Part shown: positions 13,090-26,804 of the stretch, one piece after another | Layout: each line of letters starts with the position of its first letter | How positions within the stretch are numbered: the first letter of the stretch is position 1 | Translations under genes and position numbers: made by a program | The notes under the pieces: model-generated | Database searches by the model: none | The model's input: the letters and a program-made list of their open reading frames with translations, nothing else | Told to the model about the DNA's origin: nothing | Assembly (NCBI RefSeq): GCF_004010195.1 | Contig: NC_057719.1 | Coordinates: 46,790,230-46,854,229, forward strand | DNA from: Chiloscyllium plagiosum | Taxonomy: Eukaryota | Reading direction: 5' to 3' | Length of the DNA: 64,000 nt

Positions 13090-14260
13090 TAGAATGTAGA
13101 ACATAGAACAGTACAGCACAGAAATAGGCTTTTCGGCCTATCATGTCTGTGCAGAGCATGATGCCATTCGAAACTAATCCCTTTATACCTACACATTGTC
13201 TGTATCCCTCGATTCTCTGCTGTTGGCATATTTGTCCATAGGGTTGTGAATCTCTGGAATTCCCTGCCCAGTGAAGCAGTTGAGGCTACCTTATTAAATA
13301 TTTTTAAGGCGAAGATAGATAGATCTTTGACCTGCAAAGGAATGAAGGGTTATGGTGAGTGGGCGGATAAGTGGAGAAGAGTCCACGAAAAGATCAGCCA
13401 TGCTCTGATTGAAGGGCAGAGCAGGGCTCAATTGGCCCACCCATGTTCCTATTATCTTATGAGGAATCATATGTAAATGCTCTTAAACTTCGTTGTGCCA
13501 CCCTCCTACTTGCAGTGCCACCTATCATGCTCTGTGTAAAAACATTTGCTTCATGCATTTCCTTTAAACTTTCCCCCTCTCGCCATAAACCTATACTCCC
13601 TAATATTTGACATCCATCCTGAGAAAAAGACTAACTATCCAGCCTATCCATGCCCCTCATTCTTTTATACACTTCTACTGGGTCACCCTTCATCCTCTGA
13701 CTCTCTAGTGAACACAATCCAAGTTTGTCCAAACTCTCCTCATAGTTAATTCACTCCAATCCAGGAAACAGACTGGAAAACCTGTTTAGTACCATCAACG
13801 CCCCACCTATATTTTGGTAAAAAGAACTACACACTACTCCAAAAGTGGTCAAACTAAAGTTTTATTCGGTTGCAAGATAACTTGCCAATTTTTATACTGT
13901 ATGTCCTGACTGATATGGATTTACCCTCAAACAGCAATCAAACAGCCTCCAATCTAATTTCTCCATTCCCTGTTTAATACTGTTGTAATTAGCCTTCCAC
14001 CCATTTAGCACATTAAGCGGAGGACCAATCTTATCTTTATCCATAACTATTTTAGCACTTAACAGAATTATGATCACTGTTCCAAAAATGCTCCCCCATT
14101 GAAACTTCAGTCACCTGGCCAGGCCCCTTCTCTAGTTAAACTATCTAGAGCTGTTTCAAGAAACACTCATAACAAATTCTGCCCCCTCTAAGTTCCTGGC
14201 AGTGAGAGAGTCACAGTCAATAATCGGGGAAGTTAAAATCACTGACGACAACAACAACCA
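13090..14260 (-). mobile_element. Cluster of CR1 fragments (mostly minus strand; plus-strand tail nested at ~13235-13460)
   Basis: gaacatagaacagtacagcacag tail; ORF 13246 NLWNSLPSEAVEA; minus-strand endonuclease-like segment at ~14215-14250. Confidence 0.75.
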
Positions 14261-15779
14261 CAACATCAGGTAAGTAGTTCTTTATCCATGCCATGTTCAC
14301 TCCTCACTTTTCCCCATCCAATTAAGCTTCTCATATATCCAGGTCATACTGCTCCCATCTTACTGAAACCTCTTTCATTCCTTCACATGCCTGTCAGCTC
14401 CCACACCTTCACATAAGGCATTCTGCTACAACTACCCAAAACCACCTGGGCCTGCTCTGTTACCTATTGCCTGTCTCCAACCAATGAGTACTGTTTTCTT
14501 GGCAAATAGATTCCTCCCATATCCTTGCCCCTGTATGTTCCTCTCCATTTCCCAACTGAAGGTCTAAGGGACACTGAAGTCGAATTTTTTTTGTAAAAGT
14601 GAAATACTAACCAATAATTAAAATGGGATTATAAAAGTTTAAAGTGTGGGGAACTGTGGCTGTAGTAAGTTATAAATTTATGCTAAAATAATCTATACTT
14701 GTCGAGCTACCTTGAACTACAAAGGATCTGAGAGATAAGAGATATTGCTTGAGGAGCAGCAGCACCATCTAGCTTTGGAAGAACTGAAAGGGACATACCT
14801 AGCACATTCAATGTAGGTTGAAAGTAATACCCAGGTATGACAGGTATAGTTAGAAAATTATAGTCATGAAGAAAAATGTCAAATGGATCATTATACACAA
14901 ACGATGAATACATTTCCTGCAGATGTTCACAGTAAGATGGAGGATATACTGTTTCATAACAACAGAAAAAAAAAATCTTGTGATATCAGAACTAATAATA
15001 TACAGAGACAGAATAAATCAAATTCCATTATTTTTAGGGTTCTGCGATTTTAAATTAAATATTCAAATGCCTCCTACAAGGTTTGGAGTATATCTTCATC
15101 CATGCATCACTTCCCAGTTTAAAGTGGAGAATACACTGGGTACTAGTTGGATTTAGATAGATAGCAGGACTGAATAATGAAAGTGATGTTTTATTGCACT
15201 GTACTTTGGGAGTCTAGGAAACTAGTTTCAGTTCAGACAGCAGCATGGAATGATCCTGGACTTTGACAGCCCTGTGGTGGGAGTTCTGGACTTTAGCAGC
15301 ATGGTATAAACTTACAGCCTGACAGCACTGTGAACAGGGGCCCATGGTTTAGCAGAAATAGGGTGCATAAGTCTGGCAGTTATCATGAAGGGGTGGACTG
15401 CTGGGTTCAGCTCAGCCTGCCAGCTTGTCAGTGATAAGGTGAGCAATCGTTCCAAACAGCACAGTAAAGTGTGGTGGGGAAAAGATAGCTGCATAGATCA
15501 AAGGATTAGTAGCAACATTTTCTTTGGAGGTGTATTTTCCTCTGTCTCTCTTCATCTGTGCAATTCTCACATATCAATGACTAGAATAGTTTCATTTATG
15601 AACCACCAACAAAACAGATGATAATAGAATCTTTGTTTGTTCTGTATCAGCCAGTCTCTCTGCCTGCCTCTCCTCTGTACACATCTCTCACAAGCACCAA
15701 TAAGTTAACATTTCCATCTGCTTCTATTAAAACAAAATTAAATTTGATATTTAAAAAGTCTGTGGAAGTACTGGTGACA

Positions 15780-16800
15780 GCAAAGAAAGAAACAGAACTA
15801 ACGTTTCAAGTTGGTGTTCTTTCATCAGAATTGTGTCAGGCTTTAAGCAAGCAAAGAGATGGGGAAAATGCAGGGTGAGGAAAACAAAGGGCCTGCAGAA
15901 GATATGAAATGGTAAAAGGGATGATGGAACAGGACAAATGAAGGAACAAAAAAGTTGGTCTTGATGGAAATGAATACAATACGAGCAACTGCTGTCTGAA
16001 AAAAAAATAATAAATGGAGGTTGCAAGATTAGAGATTATGTTCTGGAATTGTTGAATTCAGGGGTGAACCCAGAGATCGGAAAATGCCCAGATGAAAGAC
16101 GAAGTACTGTTCATCTAGCTTCTGTTGAATTTAATTATAACAGTGGAATAGGAGGCCAAGGATAGCAAGATTAAAGTGGGAGTGAAACAAAGGTAACATA
16201 ACTGGCAATTGGAATATCAGGTTTATGTTTGCAGACTAGAGGTAGATGGTATTTTGTAAAACACCAACCCAATCTGGGTTCTGTCTCTTCAGTGAATCTA
16301 TACCAAAAGTAATATCTGCCTGATGAATTAGTTGTATGAGCCCAGTACAATGGAAAGGGGTATGATTAAAGGGCAGGTATTGTACCTCCTGAACTTTCAT
16401 GGGAAGGAACCACAAGAGGGAAGGGGGAGGGGGAGGGGGTGATTTAAATATGGACCAAGGTGTTGAGGAGGAAATCATCTCCTCAAATTGTTGAAAGGGA
16501 AGGAAAAGGGAAGCAGCATTGTAGTAGACTTTGCAGAAAATGATCCACCACACTTAGAAGCTGTGAGCACTGAGTCGGGCCCATTGTATTTGTAGGAGGA
16601 GAGCAATGGGTGACAGTAGTACAGCAGAGGGTCCATTGCCCACAATCCTCAGTGGAAGAGACAGCAAGATACATGAAAAGCACAGGAATGGAAGGAGCTA
16701 TCAAAGCAGATGGGACAGAGGTGAAGAAAAGTGGGTTGGAGGTCTCTGTAATATGGCTTTAGTTTGGCCAGAAGATCAAATGGTTCTACCTGACTACAGC
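15780..16800 (-). mobile_element. Old Penelope-like element fragment
   Basis: Minus strand ~16050-16130 reads KLDEQYFVFHLG (like LEEEHLIFHFG at 10.1 kb); hammerhead-like ctgatga-aag...ctt-gaaacgtta at 15799-15828. Confidence 0.6.
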
Positions 16801-18689
16801 TGCTCCCTATTTTTCTCATCTTAAACTCCCATTCTCTTCCACACTCTTGCTCCCTAAAGCATATGAGGAAAAGGTCAGCCTTCTCTTCCCTACATTTCCA
16901 ATTGAATGGCTTGGATACCAGGGATAATTCCTTCAGTGCTTGGTAGAAGGGCACTCTAATAAGCATCCTCCCCTACCCCTCACCTCCAGCCAAATGCCAA
17001 TTCTTACCAGAGTTAAATGGGGACCTGACAATCAGACACACAGAGAGGAAACCTGAAAAATAAACTCACCTGGGCCTCCTTTCTTCTTAAGATCAATTAT
17101 TTTATCTTTTAAGCTACTGAAGATCAAGCCAGGCTACATCTTGCTCAGACTTTTAAAATGTGCTTATTTTATCTTGTTTTTTTTCTCTTAGCTTAATAAG
17201 TCATTCTGAATACATCTGAAATTTCTAGCTGTTCTTTTGAAGTTTTAGAAAGGCAAATGGATCTCATTAAGAGTCAGAATGAAAAGCACAGAGTTTTGAC
17301 TAGCTCAACTATTACCAATATATACCAACAAATTACACACACAGGTACAATTCAACATAAAAATAGCAACACAGATTTTGCAGTAACAAAAACAATGAAG
17401 CTAATTTTGCTTGCTGGTTATAAATGCAAAAATGGTACATCAACTTCACATGAAATGCAATTTCCAAAAGCTGAAGTCCACATTGTGTTCATGGTTAACT
17501 TTGTGAAGATGATATTTTGTTTATTGCTTCACCATTGTAATAAATGGAGTGGTATGACCTCACTACAATTGAATAGTAGACATGAAGTAAACCGAAAGCA
17601 AATATTTAGGGCTAGCCTCCTTTGTGGTCATCCTCTGAGATGAAGGTGACCTGTTCCTTTTGTGAGGTTCTGATGAGTATGTAGGTAACTGTCAAGGCCT
17701 GGAAGATTCTGAAGCAATGGGCCCGGATAGCATAAATGATTGAGTTTTGGATACGGTGCTGACCTGGGATTTCCACTTGTATAAGCTCTCTGCCTTTGAT
17801 ATTCACTCACATTCAAAGGAATCTTTATTTGATTATGCCAGGTGCAGTAATCTTGGGTGAGCTTCACCCAAGATTCATGGTTCATATTATAAATTAAATC
17901 TTCAAAGAGACTTTGTGGCACATTCTTTGACTATTGCAAAACCCTACTTTAAACTCAAATTCTTTATCTAAGATTTACTTTGATTAATGAGTGGCAGGCT
18001 GGTTTAATAACATCAGTCCAACTAAGTTGTGAATTTTTCAACATGTGCGTGATTGAGACACTCAATATCTGTCCTAAATTTCATGAACAAATATTCCTAA
18101 GGATGGTTGGCTTCATAATGACAGTCACTCATTACCAACTAATCATTACACATGTGGAGTCTCATTCTTACAGTTTGTTGATTTTTAAAATCTTCAGTAC
18201 AATATCAAATTCTTTTTACTTCTTTTTTTTTCTTAATCCAATATTTTGTTTCCTCTCTTATTTTTCTTTCTGACCCTGATATGACATCCCTCCAAAATCT
18301 TTTGAATTTGCCAGTCTTTCGATGTGATTAGTTAAGGTGATGCCTTGTTGATTTTCCTGATCACTCTGGTCCAAGGGACCCATGATCAATTCACTCTCAC
18401 ACCAACTTTTCTTTTGAAGATGTGTAATGGTTAGATTAATTAACAGTAGGTGCAAAACTTTTGCCTTCCCACAGCAACATGTAACGCTTTGGAAGTCTTA
18501 TGGTATGCTGGTAGAGTCTCTACCTTTGAGCGAGGAGCCCTGGATTGATGTCCCATCTGCACCACAGGTGTGGAATAACATCCCAGAACATGTTGATTAG
18601 AAAATATAAAAAAAATTAGTTCTCCAAATCTAATCTAAATGTTTTTAAGAGAGTTTGAGATATTTCAAGGTTAGCCCACAATCTTCAGT

Positions 18690-18960
18690 CTGCATGGTGG
18701 CTCAGTGGTTAGCACCTCACAGCACCAGGGTCCCAGGTTCAATTCCACTCTTAAGCAACTGTTTGTGTGGATTCACCATGTTTTCCCTGTGTCTGTGTGA
18801 GTTTCCTCAGGTGCTCTGAGTTCCTCCCATAGTCCAAAGATATACAGGCGAGCTAGGTTAGATATGGTAAATGTGATGTTACAGGGATTGGGTTAGGATG
18901 ATATTTGAAGGATTACTACAGACTTGATGGACTAAATGGCCTCTTTCCATACTGTAGAGT
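18690..18960 (+). mobile_element. HE1/V-SINE-like SINE, diverged
   Basis: gcatggtggctcagtggttagcac...ggttcaattcc head and V-like core. Confidence 0.8.
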
Positions 18961-20416
18961 TTCTTCAATAACTCTAATGTAAAAGATACTAAGTTATGAA
19001 ATGCAATTGATAAACATGTCAAATAAATACTTTAAATTTTATTTAATATTTTAGAAATTTCAGTTCCTGAAATGCTTTTAGGAAAATATTTTGAATGATC
19101 CTCTGCCCTCAACAATATATTGACAGCTAACATATTTTCATATTATAAACACCTTAATGTAAGATTTGGCTGCTTCAAATTCATGCTTAATGTTCCCATT
19201 ATATAAAAAAAAAGTAAATGTGTACAGGAACAATCTACAACATAGAAGATTTTTAATCATATATAGATGCACAGTTAGAAGTATGGACACTAACTAACGT
19301 CTTTCCTTGAATCTGGCGTGTAAGACAAATTTCAGTTTCCATACAGTGATTAACTAACCACAAACAGGAATCAAAGAAGATTTACTTTTCAAATACCATA
19401 TCAATTTGAATCATCAATTATAAAAATGAAAGTCACATAATTGGAAGTAAATGATCAAAACCTTTGCTGCTAAAATGAGACTCGCTCACTACCAGCATGC
19501 CATAAGGCCCCCCAAAAGGTTACATGAATATATTGACTAAGTTATAAATAGCAGCAATGAAAAGGTTAAACAGTTAAAATATGTTATGCACATAAACCTC
19601 TCACCCAAATCTGAGAGCAGCACAAAGCTGAATAAGAAATTGCACTTTTATTAATCAACAGGAATACAGCACTCCAGACTAGTCAGAACTAAAACTGAAA
19701 CACAAACTTCCCATTTCCAGTTGAACAGAGATAGCCACTCTTGATCAGAAGCAACAGCGAACTAATGACTGACCTGGATATTTTCTACGCTGCAAGTGTT
19801 GACAGAAACACACGGCTGGTGAATAACCCCTTACAGTTTTCTCACCATGCTAGCTATATCTTGCACAATGCACCCTTTGTTACATGTTTAGAAATGAAAC
19901 CTGCAGTAATTTGGCAACAGTTGAAATTCCTCTTGTCTCCTAATCAGTTCAATGAAAATCAGCAGTTTAGAAGAACCTGGGAAATCATTAATCGAGCACA
20001 CCTGTTCAGAGGTATAATGTGGAGAAATTGAGCCAACGTTTAGTCCTTCAGCAGGTGAAATTCACCCAAGAATTACATATTTGAAAAGGCCGCAACATTC
20101 CCAGTGTTTAACTTAATATGATCTCAATGAAAGGTTATTGGAATCAGTTCCAGGCAGCGGGCTGTGGAGGAGGTCATAGCTACCAACAGTCTGTCCCATT
20201 TCCACGATTATGTTCATGCCCAAATTTCCTTGGACAGGGAGCACATAGACACATCAATGCTCCCGACGCCTTTACAGAGGGAGAGGTGGGCACCACAGGG
20301 GATACAGTGTTTCATTTCCCCCTCCAACTCCATTTTGATGTAGCTCCTTCCCACTTTCCCTACACCCCCCGCACAACTTTCACCGTCAATGGATCCCATT
20401 GCCCATTGTGAATGTT

Positions 20417-20454
20417 TCATTGGTTACTTTGGTGATTATTGGTGGTGCTTAGTG
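20417..20454 (-). CDS. Candidate terminal coding exon of an unidentified host gene
   Basis: Strong acceptor ttcttttttgtttctatttcag (20455-20476); phase-1 reading xLSTTNNHQSNQ-stop; followed by repeat-free sequence with minus-strand AATAAA at 19647-19652 and 19038-19043. Frame and identity unproven. Confidence 0.3.
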
Positions 20455-21674
20455 CTGAAATAGAAACAAAAAAGAAGTCACGGTGATTTGGTGGTGGGAA
20501 AGTTATTCAGTCGTATGTAATAACACTCCTGGATATAAAACAAAAAAAACCTACTTGATCCATACATAGGCAGTGAAAATCAGTTATTAAATCCCAATGT
20601 ATGAAATTATCATCATTAAAAATATTTCCAAATCTAGCCACACCTTTGTAACCAAAGCACGAAATGAGTTCACACCATTGTATATTGTCTGATCAAGCAT
20701 ATCACCTATCTTTCACAAATAATTAGAGTGAAGATTAAATTTTTCAAGAAGATGGCAGTTCACAAGCCACAAATAAATATATGCAAATAAAAATTAAATG
20801 GATATCTATTCCTTTCATTTCCTTTCCTGGGGTCAGAACATTGTAATGTTATTTTTCCATATCTTGTTTGGTGCTTTTCATGAGTTGAGGCATCTCATCA
20901 CAAGGTTCTGTCAAGAGAGCAAATGGCCAATGCTTTTTGATGTGTCTACTGGAATAACCAACTTATCAGTAATCATCAACATTGGATACGATCATCAAAG
21001 ATAGGACTAAATATTTATATTTGTCAATTGTAGGAAAGCTATGAGAGCACAATGACTGTAGGGTATTCAATTCCATTCAGAATTCCTCAGCTAATGAATC
21101 AGACTATTCCTGCATGCAGTAAGACTTGGAAAATATCTAGAATTCAGATGATAATTCATAAGTGACTTTCATCATATATAAAGATCAGACAAGGGTCGTC
21201 TCTAACTAATGACACTCAAATGTCTCCCCAACGGCATTGATATTAGCAAGTCGCCCCAGGATCCGGGCAGATGTGGTTGGTCAGAAATTCAACTGAGCCA
21301 ACAAAATAAATACTACACAAACAGCTCAGAGATTATGGGCAGAAATTTACCGAAATTCAGTGAAATGTCAATTTCAGGAATCTCTTTGTGAGCTCCTGCG
21401 AGCTTTCTCATGCAATTCTCCTCTGGATGTCCCACTCTATGCTCCATTGCTCTCTGATTACCTTGCTTTCAGCTGGGCTGGGAGTACTTGCTGCTGCTGT
21501 CATCTTCAGGGAATCACACAGCCAGCGCCATATTGAAATTCCAGCTGTATACCAAGTCTTGCAAGTCAGTAACTGTCATTCAAATGGGTGTTGCTGCATC
21601 ACTTGAAAGAACATAGCTCAGAAGGGAAGTGGGCAATATAATTCACCATCAGTAAGCTGGAGGTCATGGTGGAC

Positions 21675-22780
21675 AGTCATAGAGATATTCAGCATGGAAC
21701 AGACCCTTCAGTTCAACTCGTCCATGCCGAACAGATATCCTAACCTAATCTAGTCCCATTTGCCAGCATTTGGTCAATATCTCTCTAAACCTTTCCTATA
21801 CATATACCCTTCCAATGCCTTTTAAATGCTGCAATTGTACCAGCCTCCTCCACTTTCTCTGGCAGCTCATTCCATACACGCACCCCCTCTGTGTGAAAAC
21901 TTTGCCCCTTAGGTCCCTTTTATATTTTTCCCCTCTAACCCTGAATCTATGTCCTCTAGTTCTGGACTCTCCCCCTCCAAAAAAAAGTCCTTGTCTATTT
22001 ATCCTATCCATGCCCCTCATGATTTTATAACCCTCTATAAGGTCATCCCTCAGCCTCCGACGCTCCAGGGAAAACAACCCTAGCCTATTCAACCTCTAGG
22101 CAAAAGTGAGGACTGCAGATGCTGGAAATCAGAGTCTAGATTAGAGTGGTGCTGGAAAAGCACAGCAGGTCAGGCAGCATCTGAGGAGAAGGAAAATCCT
22201 CTTCCTATAACTCACATCCTCCAACCCTGGCAACATCCTTGTAAATCTTTTCTGAACGCTTTCAAGTTTCACAACATCTTTCCAATAGGAAGGAGACCAG
22301 AATTGCACACAATATTCCAAAAGTGGCCTAACCAATGTCCTGTACAGCATGACTTCCCAACTCCTAACTCAATGCTCTGACCAATAAAGGAAAGCATATC
22401 AAACACCTTCTTCACTATCCTATCTACCTGTGACTCTACTTTCAAGGAACAATGAACCTGCACTCCAAGGTCTCTTTGTTTAGCAATACTCCGTAGGACC
22501 TTACCATTAAGTGTATAAGTCCTGCTAAGGTTTGCTTTCCCAAAATGCAACACCTTGCTTTTATCTAACTTAAATTCAATCTACCACTCCTCAGCCCATT
22601 GGCCCATCTGATCAAGATCCCGTTGTACTCTGAGGTAACCTTCTTCGCTGTCCACTACACCTCCAATTTTGGTGTTATCTGCACACTTATTAACTATACC
22701 TCCTATGCTAACATCCATATCATTTATAAATGACGAAAAGTAGTGGACCCAGCACCGATCCTTGTGGCCCTCCACTGGCT
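21675..22780 (-). mobile_element. 5'-truncated CR1 LINE interrupted by a pLTR fragment
   Basis: ORFs 21796, 22141, 22269 and 22581 are frameshifted CR1 RT pieces. Confidence 0.95.
22098..22197 (-). mobile_element. Penelope-like pLTR 3' fragment nested in CR1 (no hammerhead core)
   Basis: aaagtgaggactgcagatgctgg...gcagcatctgaggag; flanked by cctct on both sides. Confidence 0.8.
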
Positions 22781-22789
22781 GTTGGTGCT

Positions 22790-22955
22790 ACATTCCCCTG
22801 AGATCCATCACCCCCTACATTTTCCAAGACAGCATATTTGTTTGAAATGGGGAAAGCCACAGAAGACTCCTGCACTACCTGCCTACCTCTCCTACCTTTC
22901 CTGGAGTTAACCCATCAATCTGACAGTATCTGTGGCTTTTCTCCCTTCCTATAAC
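22790..22955 (-). mobile_element. CR1 ORF1 fragment
   Basis: Minus strand reads ISNKYAVLENVGG, resembling the CR1 ORF1 xSNRYxxL motif. Confidence 0.55.
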
Positions 22956-22959
22956 TTGC

Positions 22960-23860
22960 TGGAGACCAGTGCCATCCTCTTTCCTCAGGACTATTGGAAG
23001 AGAACACGGCAGCAGACTCTGTCAACCTGTTGCTACCTGAGTCAGTGAAGTGTCAATGATGTGGAGTAACATCCAGCATTGCAGGAAGAAGCTTAATGAG
23101 CTTCAGCACTTTTCCAACCAAATATTGCCAGTATTTCTCTGCTACCTCACACTCACTCTGTCTGTACCACCAAGGCTGATCATTCCTAACACTGCATGCA
23201 ACATCTTCCTTCAATAGCTCTCACCCACCACATCACCACCACTCCCCCTCCCCCTCCCAAGACCACCATCCTTTGCCACCCTCTGGTCTTCCTACTTGGG
23301 GCATCTCACCAGGTTTTGCCAACCTGCATCAATACTAACGGTTGTGCCAGTTACTTTCATTGCACTCAGTACTCCCTCTGTTTCACTCCAAGAGAGAGTC
23401 CTCTCTCCAGCGGGAGAAGACCCAACCATTCATGTAGTGATGCTGAAACCTCCATGTTCCAGCAGCCAAGTAAGATTCATTGACAAGTGCTACACTGCTC
23501 TCCCATCGCCGTCACTGTCAATGTATTCTCAACGTGACAAAACCGATCACTCTTTCACAACTCTTTCCCTCTCTTCTTTCCTGCAGGCACCAACAGCACC
23601 CACATGGTCTCTGGCCTGAAGAGATCAGCCCCTCAGGGCATCATCTCCTTCCCTACCTCTGAGGATGAAGACCCAGATCCCTCTGAGGAAGCACCAACAA
23701 GACAGCCTCCTGCACCCTCTACCAGCTCAGATACTGACAACCTGCTGGGTACTTTAGCCAGTGAACAGTCAGGAGCACATTCTGATGAGCACATTACAGC
23801 CACATCTTCATAGCTAACAGAGGAAGAAATGACCCAGTTTGCTGGCTTCCATCTCATTGT
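22960..23860 (+). pseudogene. Harbinger-type Myb/SANT-like gene relic (copy B)
   Basis: AILFPQDYWKRTRQQTL, then 23041-23106 VSEVSMMWSNIQHCRKKLNELQ (QCRKKxNDL motif); acceptor tttcctgcag at ~23586 before acidic EDEDPDPSEEAP...PAPSTSSDT. Confidence 0.6.
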
Positions 23861-23961
23861 TTTACTTAAGTTATATTAAAACAAGGGAAGGATTAAACAA
23901 AGCGAAATTTGCAGTTGGGATTACAGAGGGGATGCTGATCTTCTCATCATCAAAACATTTA

Positions 23962-24480
23962 CCTTGGTTAGGCCACATTTGGAGTACTGTGTGCAGTTCT
24001 GGTCGCCTTACTTTAGGAAAGATGTGGAAGCTTTGGAAAGGGTGCAGAGAAGATTTACCAGGATGTTGCCTGGAATGGAGAATAGTTCGTACGAGGATAG
24101 GTTGAGAGTGCTAGACCTTTTCTCATTGGAACGGCGAAGGATGAGGGGTGACTTGATAGAGGTTTATAAGAGGATCAGAGGAATAGATAGAGTAGACAGT
24201 CAGAGACTTTTTCCCCGGGTACAACAGAGTGTTACAAGGGGACATAAATTTAAGGTGAAGGATGGAAGGTATAGGGGGGATGTCAGGTTCTTTACCCAGA
24301 GAGTGGTGGGGGCATGGAATGCGCTGCCTGTGGGAGTGGCAGAGTCAGAATCATTAGTGACCTTTCAGTGGCAATTGGATAGGTACATGGATGGGTGCTT
24401 AAGCTAGGACAAATGTTCGGCACAATTTCGTGGGCCGAAGGGCCTGTTCTGTGCTGTATTGTTCTATGTTCTATGTTCTA
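23962..24480 (+). mobile_element. Young CR1 3' end
   Basis: Open ORF 23964-24407 (VRPHLEYCVQFWSP...RVVGAWNALP); (gttctat)n tail. Confidence 0.95.
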
Positions 24481-26209
24481 CCCTCAATGAAAGATGGATT
24501 CACACAATGCAGCTCCATTGAACAAAGTTCAGAAAGCTATCCTGTCTGCACTGTTTGGGTTGACACTGCTATGCTGTAGGATACTGAATGTGCTGTTCTT
24601 TCTAAAGAATATCCTCACTTTCATACTTGGTACAATGCTGCAACTCTCAAAAGATCCTTAAGGTCCATCGTATATTCTGATTGTGTCTTCCAGTTGTCCA
24701 GAGGTAGGCATCATTGTCTGTCTGTACTGCACTGAAATGTATCCCCCAAACATGACCCACATTGGAGTGGACATTTAAGGCCCACATTGGCACCCGTGGG
24801 AGAAGGTGTTACATTGCAGATACATGGGACATCATGACATGATATTCTGACTGCCACCTCTGAACACCTCTCTCTCACCTGCACAGCTTTCTTTGGAGCA
24901 TGAGTGATTGTGGCTCTCCTGCATTTTTGCCACACCCTGCATTTTTGCCACACACCTAATTGCTGGAAACTCCAGTGACAGTTACCCATTCCCAATCCCC
25001 CTGCACCCTTTTACACTATGGGATGAGCATCACCTTGTATGTGCTATCCACGTAGCTTTCATTCTCCCAGATGCTCCTCAGTGCCTCCAAACCTCACTCA
25101 AGCTCTGTAGCCCAGTGCTCAAGTCGGAGATACTGACAGCACCTCCTTCACATGTGTAGCTTATCGAGACAATCAGCATCCAAGAACTCCCACACGTTAC
25201 AGGTGGAGTATACCTCTTGAAGGAGTTGACCTGCCAGCCCTTCAATTAACCCAAACATTACCCACTAAAAAAAACTAAATCTAATTCTCACTAACACAGA
25301 CTAATAGTTAACTAGTAAGTATAGTAATTTCAACAGGTTATTTGAACAGATTAAGAAAATTAAAGAGTTATACTCACCCCTCAAACAGCCAATCAATTAC
25401 CAGCTTGGCTGTGATATTATTCTGGGATCTCACACTCCCTCTCATCAGAAGCTAGTTCAGTGCCAACACACCCCTCTTGCAATGTCCTGGCTTCTCTCCT
25501 CATTAGTTTCTGTTAATGTTCTGTGTATTCACTTACGGCAAGTTGTTTGATCCCTGTCAGCTGCATACCCATCAATGCCTGACAGGATTTAGTTAAAATC
25601 AGTCTCCATTTTCTAGGCCCAAGGCGCTTCCCGTCTCAATTAGCCTTCTCCCAGTCTAACAATTTAGCTTTCTATTTCCCATTCCTGACCCCAGTCTCCC
25701 AAACCTAATGATCTAAACTGCCCACCACTGCTGAATCTCCTAGCTCTGATATTTTACGGCCAGCGTTCTGGCTAGTAGTTATAAGAATATAGAAATTGGA
25801 GTTGGCCATTCAGTCCTTGAACTTGTCGCATCATTCAATTATTTCATGGCTCATATTCTATTCGTTGATTCATAATCCCTTATTAGCTCTAGTTAATAGA
25901 AATCTATGAATCTCAGATTTAAAATTAATAATTGACCCGACATCTACTATCAATTGCAGATAGATCTCCAAACTCGAGCCAATCTTTGTAAGAAATTTCT
26001 TCCTCACTTCATTCCAGGCTGCCTGGCACTAATATTTACTCTGGGATGGCTATTCCTGGGGGAAAAAGGTTTTTCTGTATCTTTTTTATCAGCTCACCTT
26101 AACATGTTGAAAACAAATTAAATTACTACATTATCTAAATTTCAGGGAATATAACTTTAGCTGTTATCTCTCTTGCAGTGAGATGACAATTTTATTTTAA
26201 ACGTTGAGT

Positions 26210-26575
26210 TTAACCCTGGCAACATCCTTGTAAATCTTTCCTGAACCCTTTCAAGTTTCACAACATCTTTCCGATAGGAAGGAGACCAGATTTGCACACA
26301 ATATTCCAATAGTGGCCTAACCAATGTCCTGCACAGCCGCAATATGACCTCCCAACTCCTGTACTCATTACTCTGACCAATAAAAGGAAGCATACCAAAC
26401 ACCTTCTTCACTATCCTATCTACCTGTGACTCCACTTTCTCGGAGCTATGAACCTGCACTCCAAGGTCTCTATGTTCAACAACACTCCCTAGGACCTTAC
26501 CATTAAGTGTATAAGTCCTGCTAAGATTTGCTTTCCCAAAATGCAGCACCTCATTTTTATCTAGATTAAACTCAC
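26210..26575 (-). mobile_element. CR1 RT fragment
   Basis: ORF 26157-26549 LHFGKANLSRTY...RPLLEYCVQ. Confidence 0.9.
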
Positions 26576-26804
26576 TTGGTCTTCTATGTGGTAAAAAGCT
26601 ATGAGCAGTGAAACTGCAAAGAGTCTTAACAGTCCCTGCATATTGATCATTAAAATGTCACAGACAGGTTAAGAAATATTATCAAAAGACTACTCAACTG
26701 TAATGTTGGCACATATAGTTAGACATATGGAATGCAATGGGGTAGAAGGCATGCTTCAGTTACTAAAAGCCCTGACTTGACAATAACGAGAGTACTGTAA
26801 AATG

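Noticed and set aside
17257..18455. Cluster of 64-128 aa ORFs as host exons
   Set aside because: No domain motifs or convincing splice pairs; consistent with chance.
24918..24953. 18-bp tandem duplication cctgcatttttgccacac
   Set aside because: Two copies only; ordinary slippage.
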